64,000 nt of DNA from a virus. A program made the position numbers and the translations under genes. The stretch is taken from positions 1 to 64,000 of the IMG/VR virus record IMGVR_UViG_3300037466_003379. One strand, given 5' to 3'. Shown piece by piece: positions 54,879 to 64,000 of the stretch (within the stretch, counting starts at the first letter, position 1; each line of letters begins with the position of its first letter). The notes under the pieces were generated by a model. It ran no database searches. It saw only the letters and a list, made by a program, of their open reading frames with translations, and was not told where the DNA came from.

Positions 54879-57800
54879 TCAGCCGAGGCCGAATCCGGTG
54901 TAGTTGGTGCCGTTCTGCGTGTTCCGGATGCCGTGCCGCACCAGCTCCTGCTGCAGCTCGGTGACCAGGTCCTTTGTGGTCCACACGTTCCCCTGGACAG
55001 TGGGGTTGAGGTGGACGACGGTCACGTTCGTTGCGCCCTGGGAGAGGCCAGGCAGGACCGCCGGGGAGGCGGCCTGGAGGGCGCCGGGTCGGACCGTGAC
55101 CGGCATGGCCGCCCCGTCGGTACCGAGCGCGGCGGCCGTCTGGCCGAGGGCCTGGAGGTTCCGGTTCGTGCTCTGCGTCGCCGACACGACCCGATCGGCT
55201 ACCGACTGGGCGGCGGTGACCGCCAGGTCGGCATGGTCGTCGATGCCGTTCGCGAGGCCCTTCATCAGCCACATGCCGGACTCGTGGGCAATGGTGGACG
55301 GGGAGGCGATGCCGAGCGCGGACTTCACGCCACCCCAGAGCGATGACGCCCAGCCGGTGAGCTTGTCCCACACCCACGACGTCATCGAGGTGATGCCGTT
55401 CCACAGGCCGACGAGCAGGTCGTGACCGGCGGAGACGAGCCAGTTCGCGGCCCCGGAGAACAGGTTGATCACGGTCTGCGGCAGCCCGGATGCCCAGCCC
55501 CAGAACGAGTTCCACATATTCTTGAGCCCATTCCAGAGGCCCTCGATTATGTAGCCACCGATTTCCGAGAAGACGGTCGAGGGCGACTGGATGCCGAAGC
55601 CGCTCTTGAATCCGTCGATGAATCCCTTAATGAAATCGGTGATCCCGTTCCAGATATTCGACACCCAATCCGTGAAGCCTTTCCACAGACCGGTGAGAAT
55701 ATTCTTTCCGTGCTCGTAGAGCCACTGCGGCGCCTCGGTGAAAAACGCCTTGATCTTGCCTGGCAGGTCCTTGAACCACTGGACCGTGACCTCCCACTCC
55801 AGCTTGAGGCCGGTAGTGAAGTTGTCCCAGAGTTCCTTCGCCTTGTCGACCAGCCAATTCTTCGCGTCAACGAAGAAATCCTTGATCTTGCCGGGCAGCG
55901 CCTTGAACCAGGCGACCGTTTCATTCCAGGCGTTTGTGACCCCGGTCGTGAAGCCGTGCCACAGCTCCTTCGCCTTATCGGCGATCCAGTTCCCCGCGCC
56001 GACGAAGAAATCCTTGATCCGGCCCGGCAGCGCCTTGAACCAGGCGACCGTTTCATTCCAGGCGTTTGTGACCCCGGTCGTGAAGCCGTGCCACATTTCC
56101 TTGGCCTTGTCGACCAGGGTGCGGGCCAGCTCGCCGAGCTTCTCGCCGATGATGTGGCCCCACTCGCCGGGGCTCTTCGACATGATCGTCTTGACCAGCT
56201 CCGCGCCCTTGCGGAACGGCGTCGTTAGCCAGTCCCACACGTTCGCGAGGGCCCGCTGGATCATCCCGCCGAGGCTCGACAGGCCCTGCCCGATCTTCTC
56301 CGGGATCGACTTGACAAACCCGACCAGGTCACTGATCCGGTCCCCGCACCAGTTGACCGCGGTCGTGAAGGCGCTCTTGACCTTGTCCCAGAGCCCGGAG
56401 AAGAAGTCGGCGACGCCCTGCCAGTGCTGGATCAGCTCGTAGATCCCGAAGGCCAGCAGCGCGACCGCGGCGATGATCGCCAGGATCGGCCAGGTCGCCG
56501 CGATCACCCCGATGGCAGCCTGCGCGGCCGCGATGCCGAGGGCGACGAACGCGGCCACCAGGACCACGCCGATGATCCCGGCGACGATGATCGCGACCGT
56601 CTGGTGCTCGGTCATCCACTTCGTCGCGTCGGCGAAGACGCCGACGATCTTCGACGCGACCGGGAGGAGCTTCTCGCCGATCGAGATCGCCAGCGCCCCG
56701 AGGCCGTCCTTTGCCTGCGAGAGCTTCGTGTTGAACTCCGACTGGATCTCGGCCCAGCCCTTGACGTGGCCGCCGGCCTCGGACGTCGCGCCGGAGATGT
56801 TCTTGATCGCGTCGTTGGTGTAGTCGGCGTTCTCGCCGGTCGTCATCAGCGCGACCTTGAGCCCGGTGGCGTCGCCCATGGCCTTCTGCATGGCCTGGCC
56901 GTAGGTCTGCATGACCTGCTCGCCGGACATGTGGGCCTGGCCGAGCTGGTGGGTCTGCCCGGCCAGCGTCGCGAACGACGTCGCCTGCTTCGCGGAGATC
57001 GGGTCGAGTTCCTTGGCCTGCTTCGTGAACGCGGCCATCGAGATCGACCCGTCCATCACCTTCTGCGCGAGGCCCTGGACGGCGGGTGTGCTCTGCGAGA
57101 CGGCGTTCTTGAGGTCGAGGAAGACCTTCTCCGAGCCGGGCGGCATCGACTTCGAGATCGCCTGCTGCAGCATCTGCATCGTGCCGGCGAGACCGCGCTC
57201 GCCGAGCTTCGCCGCCACGTCGGAGGCGTCGATGCCGAGCGTGGCCATCTCCTGCCGCATCCCGGCCGTGGGCGACTGGAGGTGGCGGATGGCGTCCGCC
57301 ATGTTCTGCGTGGCCTGCTGGGCGGAGATGCCGTGGCTGGTCATCGACGCCAACGTGCCGAGCATGTCGTCGAGGGAGATGTGCGCGGCGGAGGCGAGCG
57401 GGGCGACCGAGCTGAGCGACCCGGACAGCTCCTCGAACGTCATCTTGCCGCTGGCGGTGGCCTGCACCATCTTCGACGTCACCGTCGCGGCGTCGTCCGC
57501 CTTGAGGTGGTAGTCGATCAGCGCAGTGGTGACCGCGTCGGCGACGGTGGTGAGGTCCGCGTTCTCCGTCTTCGCGCCCTCGGCCGCCGCCTTGAGCACC
57601 TTGAGGCCGTCCGCGCCGTGCTGGCCGCCGGACTCCACCTTGTACATGGCGGTGGCCAGTTCGTCGGCGCTGTAGCCGACCTGGCCCGCCATCTCGAGCA
57701 TCCCCTGGCGGACCATGTCCAGGTTCTGCCGCGACTCGTTCGCCGAGGTGACGAGCCGCATCGTGGCCTGGTCGTAGTCGCCGGCCATCTTCACGGCGAT

Positions 57801-58544
57801 GCCACCCGCGGCCGCGGCCGCGAGGCCCATCATCGCGAACTGGCCGCTCGTCAGGCCGACCACCGCGGCGCTGTCGGCGAAGCTGGCCTTGAAGGTCCCA
57901 GCCGCCACGGACAGGGTGCCCATGCTCGCGGCAGTCCCGGCCATCGTCGTTCCGACGAGGGCGTTCGCTTCGGCGGCGCGAGCCTCGGCCGCCTCCATCG
58001 CGGCCAGGTCCCCGACGACCTTGTCTCGCATCAGGCCGTAGGCGGCTGCGGTCTCCTCGGCGGCCGTGGTCGACTTCGCCGCGAAGGCCTCGGCGCTGGT
58101 CGCGGCCTCGCTGTTCGCGGCGACGAACCGGCCGTTGGCGTCCCGCATCCGGCCGGACGCGTCGACCCACGTCCCGGCCGCGGCCTCCGCTCCGGCGGCG
58201 ATCCCGGCCCCGGCGGCGGCGGTGGCCTCCGCGAGTCCGAGCTCCGCGGCGACGGCGGCCTCGATCTCGGCCTGGATCGCCGCCATCGCGGCCCCGGCCT
58301 CACCGGCGGACGCGGTCATCTCCGCACAGGCGGCAGCCCAGGTGCCAGCGGCGGCCTCCGCGGAGGTGCCGAGCATGGCGTTCTGCTCGGCGACGCGGGT
58401 GACCTCCGCGGAGACGCCCTGGAGCGACCCGGCGACCTGAGTGGCCATCCGCTCGCCGGCGGCACCGGCCTCGGTGAAGCCCGCGGTCATCGGGGCGGAC
58501 TCGGCGCGGAGAGTTACGTACAGATCGGCGACCTCATCGGACAC
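54879..58544 (-). CDS. Tape measure protein
   Basis: ~1220 aa Ala-rich, TP901-like core, periodic W/F repeats, GIASPS motifs. Confidence 0.92.
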   Translation of the reverse strand: MSDEVADLYVTLRAESAPMTAGFTEAGAAGERMATQVAGSLQGVSAEVTRVAEQNAMLGTSAEAAAGTWAAACAEMTASAGEAGAAMAAIQAEIEAAVAAELGLAEATAAAGAGIAAGAEAAAGTWVDASGRMRDANGRFVAANSEAATSAEAFAAKSTTAAEETAAAYGLMRDKVVGDLAAMEAAEARAAEANALVGTTMAGTAASMGTLSVAAGTFKASFADSAAVVGLTSGQFAMMGLAAAAAGGIAVKMAGDYDQATMRLVTSANESRQNLDMVRQGMLEMAGQVGYSADELATAMYKVESGGQHGADGLKVLKAAAEGAKTENADLTTVADAVTTALIDYHLKADDAATVTSKMVQATASGKMTFEELSGSLSSVAPLASAAHISLDDMLGTLASMTSHGISAQQATQNMADAIRHLQSPTAGMRQEMATLGIDASDVAAKLGERGLAGTMQMLQQAISKSMPPGSEKVFLDLKNAVSQSTPAVQGLAQKVMDGSISMAAFTKQAKELDPISAKQATSFATLAGQTHQLGQAHMSGEQVMQTYGQAMQKAMGDATGLKVALMTTGENADYTNDAIKNISGATSEAGGHVKGWAEIQSEFNTKLSQAKDGLGALAISIGEKLLPVASKIVGVFADATKWMTEHQTVAIIVAGIIGVVLVAAFVALGIAAAQAAIGVIAATWPILAIIAAVALLAFGIYELIQHWQGVADFFSGLWDKVKSAFTTAVNWCGDRISDLVGFVKSIPEKIGQGLSSLGGMIQRALANVWDWLTTPFRKGAELVKTIMSKSPGEWGHIIGEKLGELARTLVDKAKEMWHGFTTGVTNAWNETVAWFKALPGRIKDFFVGAGNWIADKAKELWHGFTTGVTNAWNETVAWFKALPGKIKDFFVDAKNWLVDKAKELWDNFTTGLKLEWEVTVQWFKDLPGKIKAFFTEAPQWLYEHGKNILTGLWKGFTDWVSNIWNGITDFIKGFIDGFKSGFGIQSPSTVFSEIGGYIIEGLWNGLKNMWNSFWGWASGLPQTVINLFSGAANWLVSAGHDLLVGLWNGITSMTSWVWDKLTGWASSLWGGVKSALGIASPSTIAHESGMWLMKGLANGIDDHADLAVTAAQSVADRVVSATQSTNRNLQALGQTAAALGTDGAAMPVTVRPGALQAASPAVLPGLSQGATNVTVVHLNPTVQGNVWTTKDLVTELQQELVRHGIRNTQNGTNYTGFGLG
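55860..56115 (-). repeat. 132-bp (44-aa) tandem duplication in tape measure
   Basis: WHGFTTGVTNAWNETVAWFKALPG.IKDFFV twice; aagaaatccttgatc at 55873 and 56005. Confidence 0.85.
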
Positions 58545-58583
58545 CGGGCGCACCCCCTCTGAAATGGGACGGAGGTGCTGGCA

Positions 58584-58597
58584 CGAACAGGTGTTCG
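58584..58597. promoter_or_regulatory. LexA (SOS/Cheo) box
   Basis: CGAACAGGTGTTCG = CGAAC-RNRY-GTTCG in intergenic gap. Confidence 0.65.
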
Positions 58598-58624
58598 GAG
58601 AGGGAGGCCGAGCACCATGAGCAG

Positions 58625-59023
58625 ATGGAGCTGATCGCCAAGGGGCGACTGGGCGCGTCCGTCAGGTTCGACGGGCAGACCGTGACCGTCGCGAAGTCCA
58701 ACCGGCTGATGCAGGGCTACGGGGAGCGCTCAGCGCACATCTCGCAGATCGCCGGCGTGCGCTGGCAGAAGCCGGGCCTGATCACCAGGGAGGGCTACAT
58801 CGGGTTCACGGTCGCCGGGGTCGTCGCGCCGCGCGCCCGGATCGGATCGCAGATCAACGCCGCCCGCGGCGACGACTGGCACGTCACGTTCTTCCGCGGC
58901 CGCCTGGCCGAGTTCGAGGCCATCAGGGACGCCGTGCAGGCCGCGGTGAGCGCCCTACACCAGGGGCCGACCGCTGGGCCGCTGGGCGGCAACTGGGGGC
59001 CGCCTGGAGAGGCTCGGCGCTAG
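58625..59023 (+). CDS. DUF4429-like protein, antisense within tail operon
   Basis: VRFDGQTVT...I..I.GV.W.KPGL...GYI.F...V.F......F. Confidence 0.72.
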   Translation: MELIAKGRLGASVRFDGQTVTVAKSNRLMQGYGERSAHISQIAGVRWQKPGLITREGYIGFTVAGVVAPRARIGSQINAARGDDWHVTFFRGRLAEFEAIRDAVQAAVSALHQGPTAGPLGGNWGPPGEARR

Positions 59024-59487
59024 CCGACACCCCACGCGGCGCCCATGATCTCCTTGTAGATCGTGTAGACGGACACCCGGCCGACCATCCGCAGCGCCGG
59101 CACGAGGAACGGGAACCGCTTCCGGCTCTTCCCGACCCCGGTCACCTCGAGGTAGTAGGCGTACATCGACGACGAGGTGCGGCGGTCGTAATAGGGGTAC
59201 AGGCCCGGGGCCATGCCGACCTTGACCGCCCAGCCGATCGCGGTGCGCTCCACCCCGGAGTGCGTGATCGACCGCACCAGCGACCCGGAGATCCGCGCGG
59301 GACCTTCCGGGTCGCCGGGCGACGGCGTGGGCGTCCGGTAGGGGTGCTCCCCGTTCGACGCGTTGATCTTCGCCTGCCGCTCGACGGCGAGCGCGACCGC
59401 GGTCAGCCCCACGGACGCTTTGAGCTCACCCTCGGCAGCGAGCCGAGCCATGACCTCCGACATCACCCCGGGCAGCAGCTCAGGCAC
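59020..59487 (-). CDS. HK97 gp10-like tail completion protein
   Basis: PARISGSLVRSI...YAYYLE.....RFPFL.PA. Confidence 0.7.
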   Translation of the reverse strand: MPELLPGVMSEVMARLAAEGELKASVGLTAVALAVERQAKINASNGEHPYRTPTPSPGDPEGPARISGSLVRSITHSGVERTAIGWAVKVGMAPGLYPYYDRRTSSSMYAYYLEVTGVGKSRKRFPFLVPALRMVGRVSVYTIYKEIMGAAWGVG

Positions 59488-59752
59488 GTCCCGCCTCCGC
59501 TTCTCGTTTCGCCTGCTCGTGGGCGTCGGCCTCGGCCTGGCGGCGCAGCTGGATGAAGTCCCAGCAGTACCGGCGCACGTAGGCCGGGGTCCGTTGCAGG
59601 GCCTCGAACGACCAGCCCATCTCGCGCATCAGCTCGAAGTCGATGAACTCGGCCGGGGGAGCACCGGAGCCCCAGGTGCCGTCGTAGATGGACTCGACGG
59701 CCAGGTAGACGTCCTCGAAGTAGGGCTCGCCAGGCCCTACTGAGGGTTTACC
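59480..59752 (-). CDS. Tail assembly chaperone, -1 frame extension
   Basis: Frame after G GTA AAC: KPSVG...LMREMGWSFEALQRTPAYVRRYCWD. Confidence 0.7.
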   Translation of the reverse strand, partial: GKPSVGPGEPYFEDVYLAVESIYDGTWGSGAPPAEFIDFELMREMGWSFEALQRTPAYVRRYCWDFIQLRRQAEADAHEQAKREAEAGRA

Positions 59753-60132
59753 GCCTCCGTCATGCGCTTCCCGATGGTGTTGACGATCTCCATCGGCAGC
59801 TTCCGCACCATCTCCACGGTGGCCGGGTGAGTCTGGTCGACCTTCGGCAGCAGCGGCTGGTCGAGCTGCTCGCCGGTGTCGTAGTCGATGGCCGGCGCGG
59901 TGGCGTCGTAGACGTGCCACGCCACGACCAGCCCGGCGATGGTCTCGTACATCGCCTCCACGGCCTCGGCGGCGTCGGCCGGTCGCCCGTTCTCGTCGAG
60001 CTTGAGCGGCCGCGGCTGCACCTTGTCCGGGGGCTGCTGCTTCGGGTTGAGGATCGCGACCCAGACCTTGTCGTCGTCCTCGGCCAGGTCCGGGAAGTCG
60101 AGGTGAATGATGCGGTTGGCGTAGCCAGCCAT
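59737..60132 (-). CDS. Tail assembly chaperone
   Basis: AAGGAG RBS, MAGYANR; follows major tail gene. Confidence 0.75.
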   Translation of the reverse strand: MAGYANRIIHLDFPDLAEDDDKVWVAILNPKQQPPDKVQPRPLKLDENGRPADAAEAVEAMYETIAGLVVAWHVYDATAPAIDYDTGEQLDQPLLPKVDQTHPATVEMVRKLPMEIVNTIGKRMTEAVNPQ

Positions 60133-60288
60133 GAGGGGTGACTCCTTGCAGGTGAGAGGGGGGTGGAGCAGGTCGGAGAGGGCCGATGCGAGCGCCATGC
60201 CGAGCCACAGCCCAGCGAGGACGTGCACCGGTGCGCTCCCGGCCGCCAGGAGCCCGGCGGCCAGGAGCGCGACGGTCAAGCGCAACGC

Positions 60289-61446
60289 TCAGAACGCGGT
60301 CGTGCGGAAGTTCTTCAGCACCGCCGAGACGGAGCCGCCGTCGGTGGTGTTGTAGATGCCGGACAGCGAGAAGGACGCCTGCACGTAGCTGCCGCCGATC
60401 TCGCGCTTGCCCTTCACCCAGCCGGACTTGCTCATGGTGAGCACCAGGGACTGGCCGCCGACGGCGGTCGGCTGCTGCAGCGTCGCCGTCGCCGGGAGCT
60501 GCGTGTACTGGGTGTAGAGGTTCAGGTCGGTCTGGTTCTCGAAGATCGCCTTGTACGAGCCGTCCACGGTGATCGGGCCCTGGAAGTTCTCCCGGGCCGC
60601 CTGCGTGCCGTCGCTCGAGTGGATCGGGTCGACCGTCCGCTTGAGGTTCAGGTCGTACGACAGGCCGCGGGTGGAGGCGCCACCGGCGTTCGTCATCGTC
60701 CACTGCCAGCCCAGTACCGGGGCCGTCGAGGTGAAGGTCGGGGTCATCGCCGAGGCGGCGATACCGGGCAGCGTGGTGAACTTCGCCGAGCTCGTCACCG
60801 CGCCCTTCGGGTCGATCTTGAGGCTCAGGTCGGAGATCGCCGCGTAGGAGTACGACAGGGTCTGCAGGGTGTCGAACACGGTGATCGACAGCGTCGGGTT
60901 CGGCGCCGCGGGGTTCTGCTTGAAGGTGTGCGTGGTCTGCGAGACGACCGTGGCGCCGGAGGTGTGGGCCTTCGTCAGGCCGACGGCGGCGGAGTCGCTG
61001 GTCGTGACCGTCAGCGTGTACGGCCCGGAGCCAGTCACGGCGGTGACCTTCGCGTACTCCAGGTTGTTGCCGGTGTCGATCGTGATCCACGAGTTGGCCG
61101 CGATCGTCGCCGCCGTGCTGATCGTCGTCGCGCTCGCCGACGACGACGACGACAGCGTCGTCGAGACACCCGGCGTGATCGTGTCCGGGCCGATCATGCT
61201 CGCGAGGAAGTGCCCGACCAGGTCCGGGTAGGCGAGCATGTCGATCGACCAGTGCGCCACCACGGGCCCCTGGTAGACGCCCTGCAGGACGGAGTCGTTC
61301 GCCCGGATCGACTCGTCCTTGATCTCCGAGTACTGGTCCTCGAAGTCGGCCTTCGTGAACGGGATGTAGGACGTCGGCACGACATACGTGCCGGGCGTGG
61401 ACTCCTTCGCGATGCCCAGAACTGCGAGCCGAGAGAGCTGCGTCAT
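60289..61446 (-). CDS. Major tail tube protein
   Basis: LGIAKESTPGT; position; S/T-rich insert. Confidence 0.82.
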   Translation of the reverse strand: MTQLSRLAVLGIAKESTPGTYVVPTSYIPFTKADFEDQYSEIKDESIRANDSVLQGVYQGPVVAHWSIDMLAYPDLVGHFLASMIGPDTITPGVSTTLSSSSSASATTISTAATIAANSWITIDTGNNLEYAKVTAVTGSGPYTLTVTTSDSAAVGLTKAHTSGATVVSQTTHTFKQNPAAPNPTLSITVFDTLQTLSYSYAAISDLSLKIDPKGAVTSSAKFTTLPGIAASAMTPTFTSTAPVLGWQWTMTNAGGASTRGLSYDLNLKRTVDPIHSSDGTQAARENFQGPITVDGSYKAIFENQTDLNLYTQYTQLPATATLQQPTAVGGQSLVLTMSKSGWVKGKREIGGSYVQASFSLSGIYNTTDGGSVSAVLKNFRTTAF

Positions 61447-61727
61447 CGGGAACCACCCTTCCGGGTCGTCGTGGACTTGCGGGTCACCGCGGGCGCGTCG
61501 GCGGCCTCGTGCTCGCCGTGGCCGTCACCGGCGGTCTGCTCGGGCTCGACGGGCACCGGCACGTGGTCGCCGGTCGCCTCACCGTCGGTCTCCTGCTGGT
61601 CGGCCCCGACGGGCATGAACCCGGCGAGGAGCTGGTCGTGGTCGATCTCGCCGCCTGCCGGCACAGTGACCGGTGGGTCGAGCGTCGGAAGGTCGAGCGG
61701 GTAGCCGCTCGTGTTGCGCTGGCGCAT
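61443..61727 (-). CDS. Small virion-cluster protein
   Basis: GGAGG RBS (MRQRNTSG). Confidence 0.6.
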   Translation of the reverse strand: MRQRNTSGYPLDLPTLDPPVTVPAGGEIDHDQLLAGFMPVGADQQETDGEATGDHVPVPVEPEQTAGDGHGEHEAADAPAVTRKSTTTRKGGSR

Positions 61728-61758
61728 GGGGTTGGTCGGGTCCTCCCGGTCCGGGGCG

Positions 61759-62259
61759 TCAGGCCGTGAAATCGCGGTCGTCTGCCAAGTAGGTGATGTC
61801 CGCCCTGAGTGCGGCCGGAGAGGAGCCGGAGTGCTGCTCGGGGTCTGAAAAGGACACGTTGATGCGGCTGCCGTCGGGGGCTTCCGCGACGGACAGGAAC
61901 CGGCCGCCGTGGGTGTGGTCCATGAGGGTTCCGCGCACGCGCTCGAGTACGAGGTCGACGGCCTCGTCGAACGCCTGCTGCTCGTCCTCCCACAGCCCGG
62001 ACTGCGTCGTGGTGGCACCGATCGGCCACAGGCACTTGAGCCGGAAGGTGTGGGTCTGGAGCTTCCGCTGGTTGGACAGCCGGGTCTCGGCGAACTGCGG
62101 ACGCAGCACGTAGATCGCCGTCTTGTGTCGGGGTGGCGTGCGCGGCCAGTACGCCTGCACGACGTCCCAGGGGCCGCCGTCGGCCTTGAGTAGCGACGGG
62201 AGCCCGTCGCCCATGCTGGTCGTGCAGAGCCACTCCGCTTCGCGCTGCTGCGGGGTCAC
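61759..62259 (-). CDS. Tail terminator-like protein
   Basis: WDVVQAYWPR...DHTHGGRFLSVAE; position. Confidence 0.65.
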   Translation of the reverse strand: MTPQQREAEWLCTTSMGDGLPSLLKADGGPWDVVQAYWPRTPPRHKTAIYVLRPQFAETRLSNQRKLQTHTFRLKCLWPIGATTTQSGLWEDEQQAFDEAVDLVLERVRGTLMDHTHGGRFLSVAEAPDGSRINVSFSDPEQHSGSSPAALRADITYLADDRDFTA

Positions 62260-62261
62260 GG

Positions 62262-62771
62262 TCACCTCCTCCTGCGGGCCCACACGCGGTGGGCGCGGGT
62301 GCGCTGGACGTGGCGGAGGCGGCCGCGGCCCTTCCGGACCCGCGCGGGGCGGAGGCGGCCGACGTAGGAGTGGTGGTAGCCGGCCCCAGTCGAGATCAGG
62401 GCGAACGCGTTCTTGTGGTTCCCGTGGCCGTGGTGTCCGGAGATCATGCGGCCCCCGCCGGGCGCCCTGACGATGTCCGAGCGGCGCGCACCGCCCCGCA
62501 GGTTCTTCCGGGTCGCGGCGACCTGCGCGCGGCTCCTGGGGGCGGTCTGGGCGGCACGACGCCGCGGCGACGAGGCGCGCTCCCGCCGGGACTTCGGCTC
62601 CGCCTGCGAGCGGTGCGAGGTGGCCGCGTACCGGGCCCGCAGCGCGGCTGCGATCTTCGCCCGGGTCTCGTCGGACATCGCGTGCCCGCGGTGCGGGTGC
62701 CGCTTCCCCTTGAGCGCCGCGCTGATCTTCGCCCGGGCCGCCGCCGACATCGGGCCGCGCGCGACCGCCAC
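62262..62771 (-). CDS. Very basic protein with two NUMOD3-like motifs
   Basis: MSAAARAKISAALKG; MSDETRAKIAAAL; Arg/His-rich. Confidence 0.6.
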   Translation of the reverse strand: MAVARGPMSAAARAKISAALKGKRHPHRGHAMSDETRAKIAAALRARYAATSHRSQAEPKSRRERASSPRRRAAQTAPRSRAQVAATRKNLRGGARRSDIVRAPGGGRMISGHHGHGNHKNAFALISTGAGYHHSYVGRLRPARVRKGRGRLRHVQRTRAHRVWARRRR

Positions 62772-62774
62772 CGG

Positions 62775-63449
62775 CTACACCCCGTTCCGCGTGTAGGGCA
62801 CCAGCCATGACACGGCGAGGGCCTCGAGCGATCCGGGGTCGTGCTGCCCGGACCGCTCCGGGTCCAGCTCCCGGCACAGGATCGCGGCCGCCATGTACTT
62901 GCAGGCGCGCCGCAGGTCCGCCGGGATCGTCTGGTAGCCGCCGCTGTAGGTGACCTCCACGATCGAGCCGATCGGGAGGAACGTGCCGATGTTGAACCAC
63001 AGGAGCCCGGTGTCCGGGTAGGGCCCGGCCATCGGGCTGATCTGGTTCTGGGAGCCGCCGTAGGCGTCCCGGATCACGATGTGCACGTTCGAGTAGGTCC
63101 ACATCTCCGGGAAGTGCGCGGCGTGTTCCCGCAGCCACAGCTTCCGGACCATGCCGCCGACGGAGGCGCCGAGGGCGTTGGCGTAGCTGGTGCCGAGCGC
63201 GGCCTGCAGGTCGAGCTGCAGGCCCGTCCCGGTGGCGCTGAGCTCGTCGGGGTCGACACCCTCGGCGCGGTGGGACTCGGTGGCCGTGAACGGGACCAGC
63301 CGGCGGCCGGTCTCGGTCTCGCACGCCCTGGTCGCCTCGACGAGGATCTCGCCGAGCGCCTCGGGTTCGAAGTTGCGGGTCAGGTCGGCGAAGGCGCCGG
63401 TCTGCAGCTCCGCGGAGGTGCACAGCGGCGTCGGGTTGTCCACGGCCAC
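62775..63449 (-). CDS. Head-to-tail adaptor
   Basis: ATRACETETGRRL..F; VTYSGGYQTIPADLRRAC. Confidence 0.78.
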   Translation of the reverse strand: MAVDNPTPLCTSAELQTGAFADLTRNFEPEALGEILVEATRACETETGRRLVPFTATESHRAEGVDPDELSATGTGLQLDLQAALGTSYANALGASVGGMVRKLWLREHAAHFPEMWTYSNVHIVIRDAYGGSQNQISPMAGPYPDTGLLWFNIGTFLPIGSIVEVTYSGGYQTIPADLRRACKYMAAAILCRELDPERSGQHDPGSLEALAVSWLVPYTRNGV

Positions 63450-63456
63450 CGCGGGC

Positions 63457-63789
63457 TCAGTCCTTCGCGGGTGCGCGGCGGGCGCGCGGCTTCGGGGTCG
63501 GCTTCCGCTCGACGGGCTCGTCGGCGACGTCGTCCTCGGCCGGGCCGTTGGGCTCCTCGTCCGGGTCGCCGTCCTGCGGGTCGTCGCCCTCGCCAGGCTC
63601 CTGGCCGCCGTCGTCGTCGCCGTCCGGCTCCTCGACGGGCTCTGGCGCGTCGACCACGCTGATGCGGGCGTCGGTGATCTCGACGAGCGAGGCGACCAGA
63701 TCGTCGGCGACCTCGATGACGGACCCGTCCTCCGGCCACACGTGGCCGAACGAGTCACCGCCCGCCTTCTCCTTACGCAGCCATGCCAC
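63457..63789 (-). CDS. Small acidic post-capsid protein
   Basis: GAGGAG RBS; position. Confidence 0.65.
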   Translation of the reverse strand: MAWLRKEKAGGDSFGHVWPEDGSVIEVADDLVASLVEITDARISVVDAPEPVEEPDGDDDGGQEPGEGDDPQDGDPDEEPNGPAEDDVADEPVERKPTPKPRARRAPAKD

Positions 63790-63820
63790 TGCGGTTCTCC
63801 TCTCAGGGGTCCCCGGACGC

Positions 63821-63859
63821 CCCGCGCCTGGCCCAGCACGAAGCTGGGCCGGGCGCGGG
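63821..63859 (-). terminator. Hairpin after capsid gene
   Basis: cccgcgcctggcccagc-acgaa-gctgggccgggcgcggg. Confidence 0.55.
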
Positions 63860-63872
63860 ACTGGGGAGCGGA

Positions 63873-64000
63873 TCAGACGAGGTGGGTGTCCACGTTGTAG
63901 AGACCGCCGATGTAGCGCGGCGCCCGGAGGGCGACCACGGTGTCGGTCTGCAGCGCGAACGGCAGCGTGTCGGGAGCCGCCACGGTGGTGGCGACGTTGA
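63873..64000 (-). CDS. C-terminus of probable major capsid protein (partial)
   Basis: NVATTVAAPDTLPFALQTDTVVALRAPRYIGGLYNVDTHLV*; position upstream of adaptor. Confidence 0.6.
   Translation of the reverse strand, partial: NVATTVAAPDTLPFALQTDTVVALRAPRYIGGLYNVDTHLV

Larger units (their letters stand above)
1..64000. mobile_element. Actinomycete phage-plasmid (virion + lysis + ParA partition + TraB-like conjugation + replication), extends past both edges
   Basis: Co-linear tail/capsid/lysis genes, parA, FtsK/TraB-like gene and HTH rep; no host housekeeping genes recognised. Confidence 0.85.

Noticed and set aside
60133-60285. Hydrophobic 51-aa N-terminal extension of the tail chaperone
   Set aside because: Overlaps a hairpin (~60233-60270) after the major tail gene; better RBS before ATG 60132

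Overview
High-GC actinomycete mobile element, best read as a temperate phage that is also a plasmid. About 42.7-64 kb (minus strand) is a siphovirus-like virion and lysis module: the 3' end of the capsid gene, head-tail adaptor, tail terminator, major tail protein, frameshifted tail chaperones, tape measure, minor tail proteins, holin and a DUF1906-type endolysin. One protein in the tail cluster carries a GH46 chitosanase domain. About 30.7-42.7 kb holds plasmid functions: a TraB/FtsK-type conjugative translocase with Spd-like membrane proteins and heptamer repeat clusters, an XRE/DUF5753 regulator module, ParA plus partner with flanking 8-bp repeats, a candidate small RNA and a HasA/NodC-like GT2 synthase. 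About 6.5-30.7 kb encodes replication and early functions: an HTH initiator with internal iterons, AAA ATPase, WhiB, HNH, UvrD-like helicase, dCTP deaminase, a DpdA-like transglycosylase and DUF3560. The most striking non-coding structure is a repeated promoter/operator/RBS unit (13 copies) driving small unknown genes at 0.1-5.6 kb and 21.3-30.7 kb. No integrase, rRNA, tRNA or CRISPR array was seen. Family assignments come from motif recognition only; no database searches were run.
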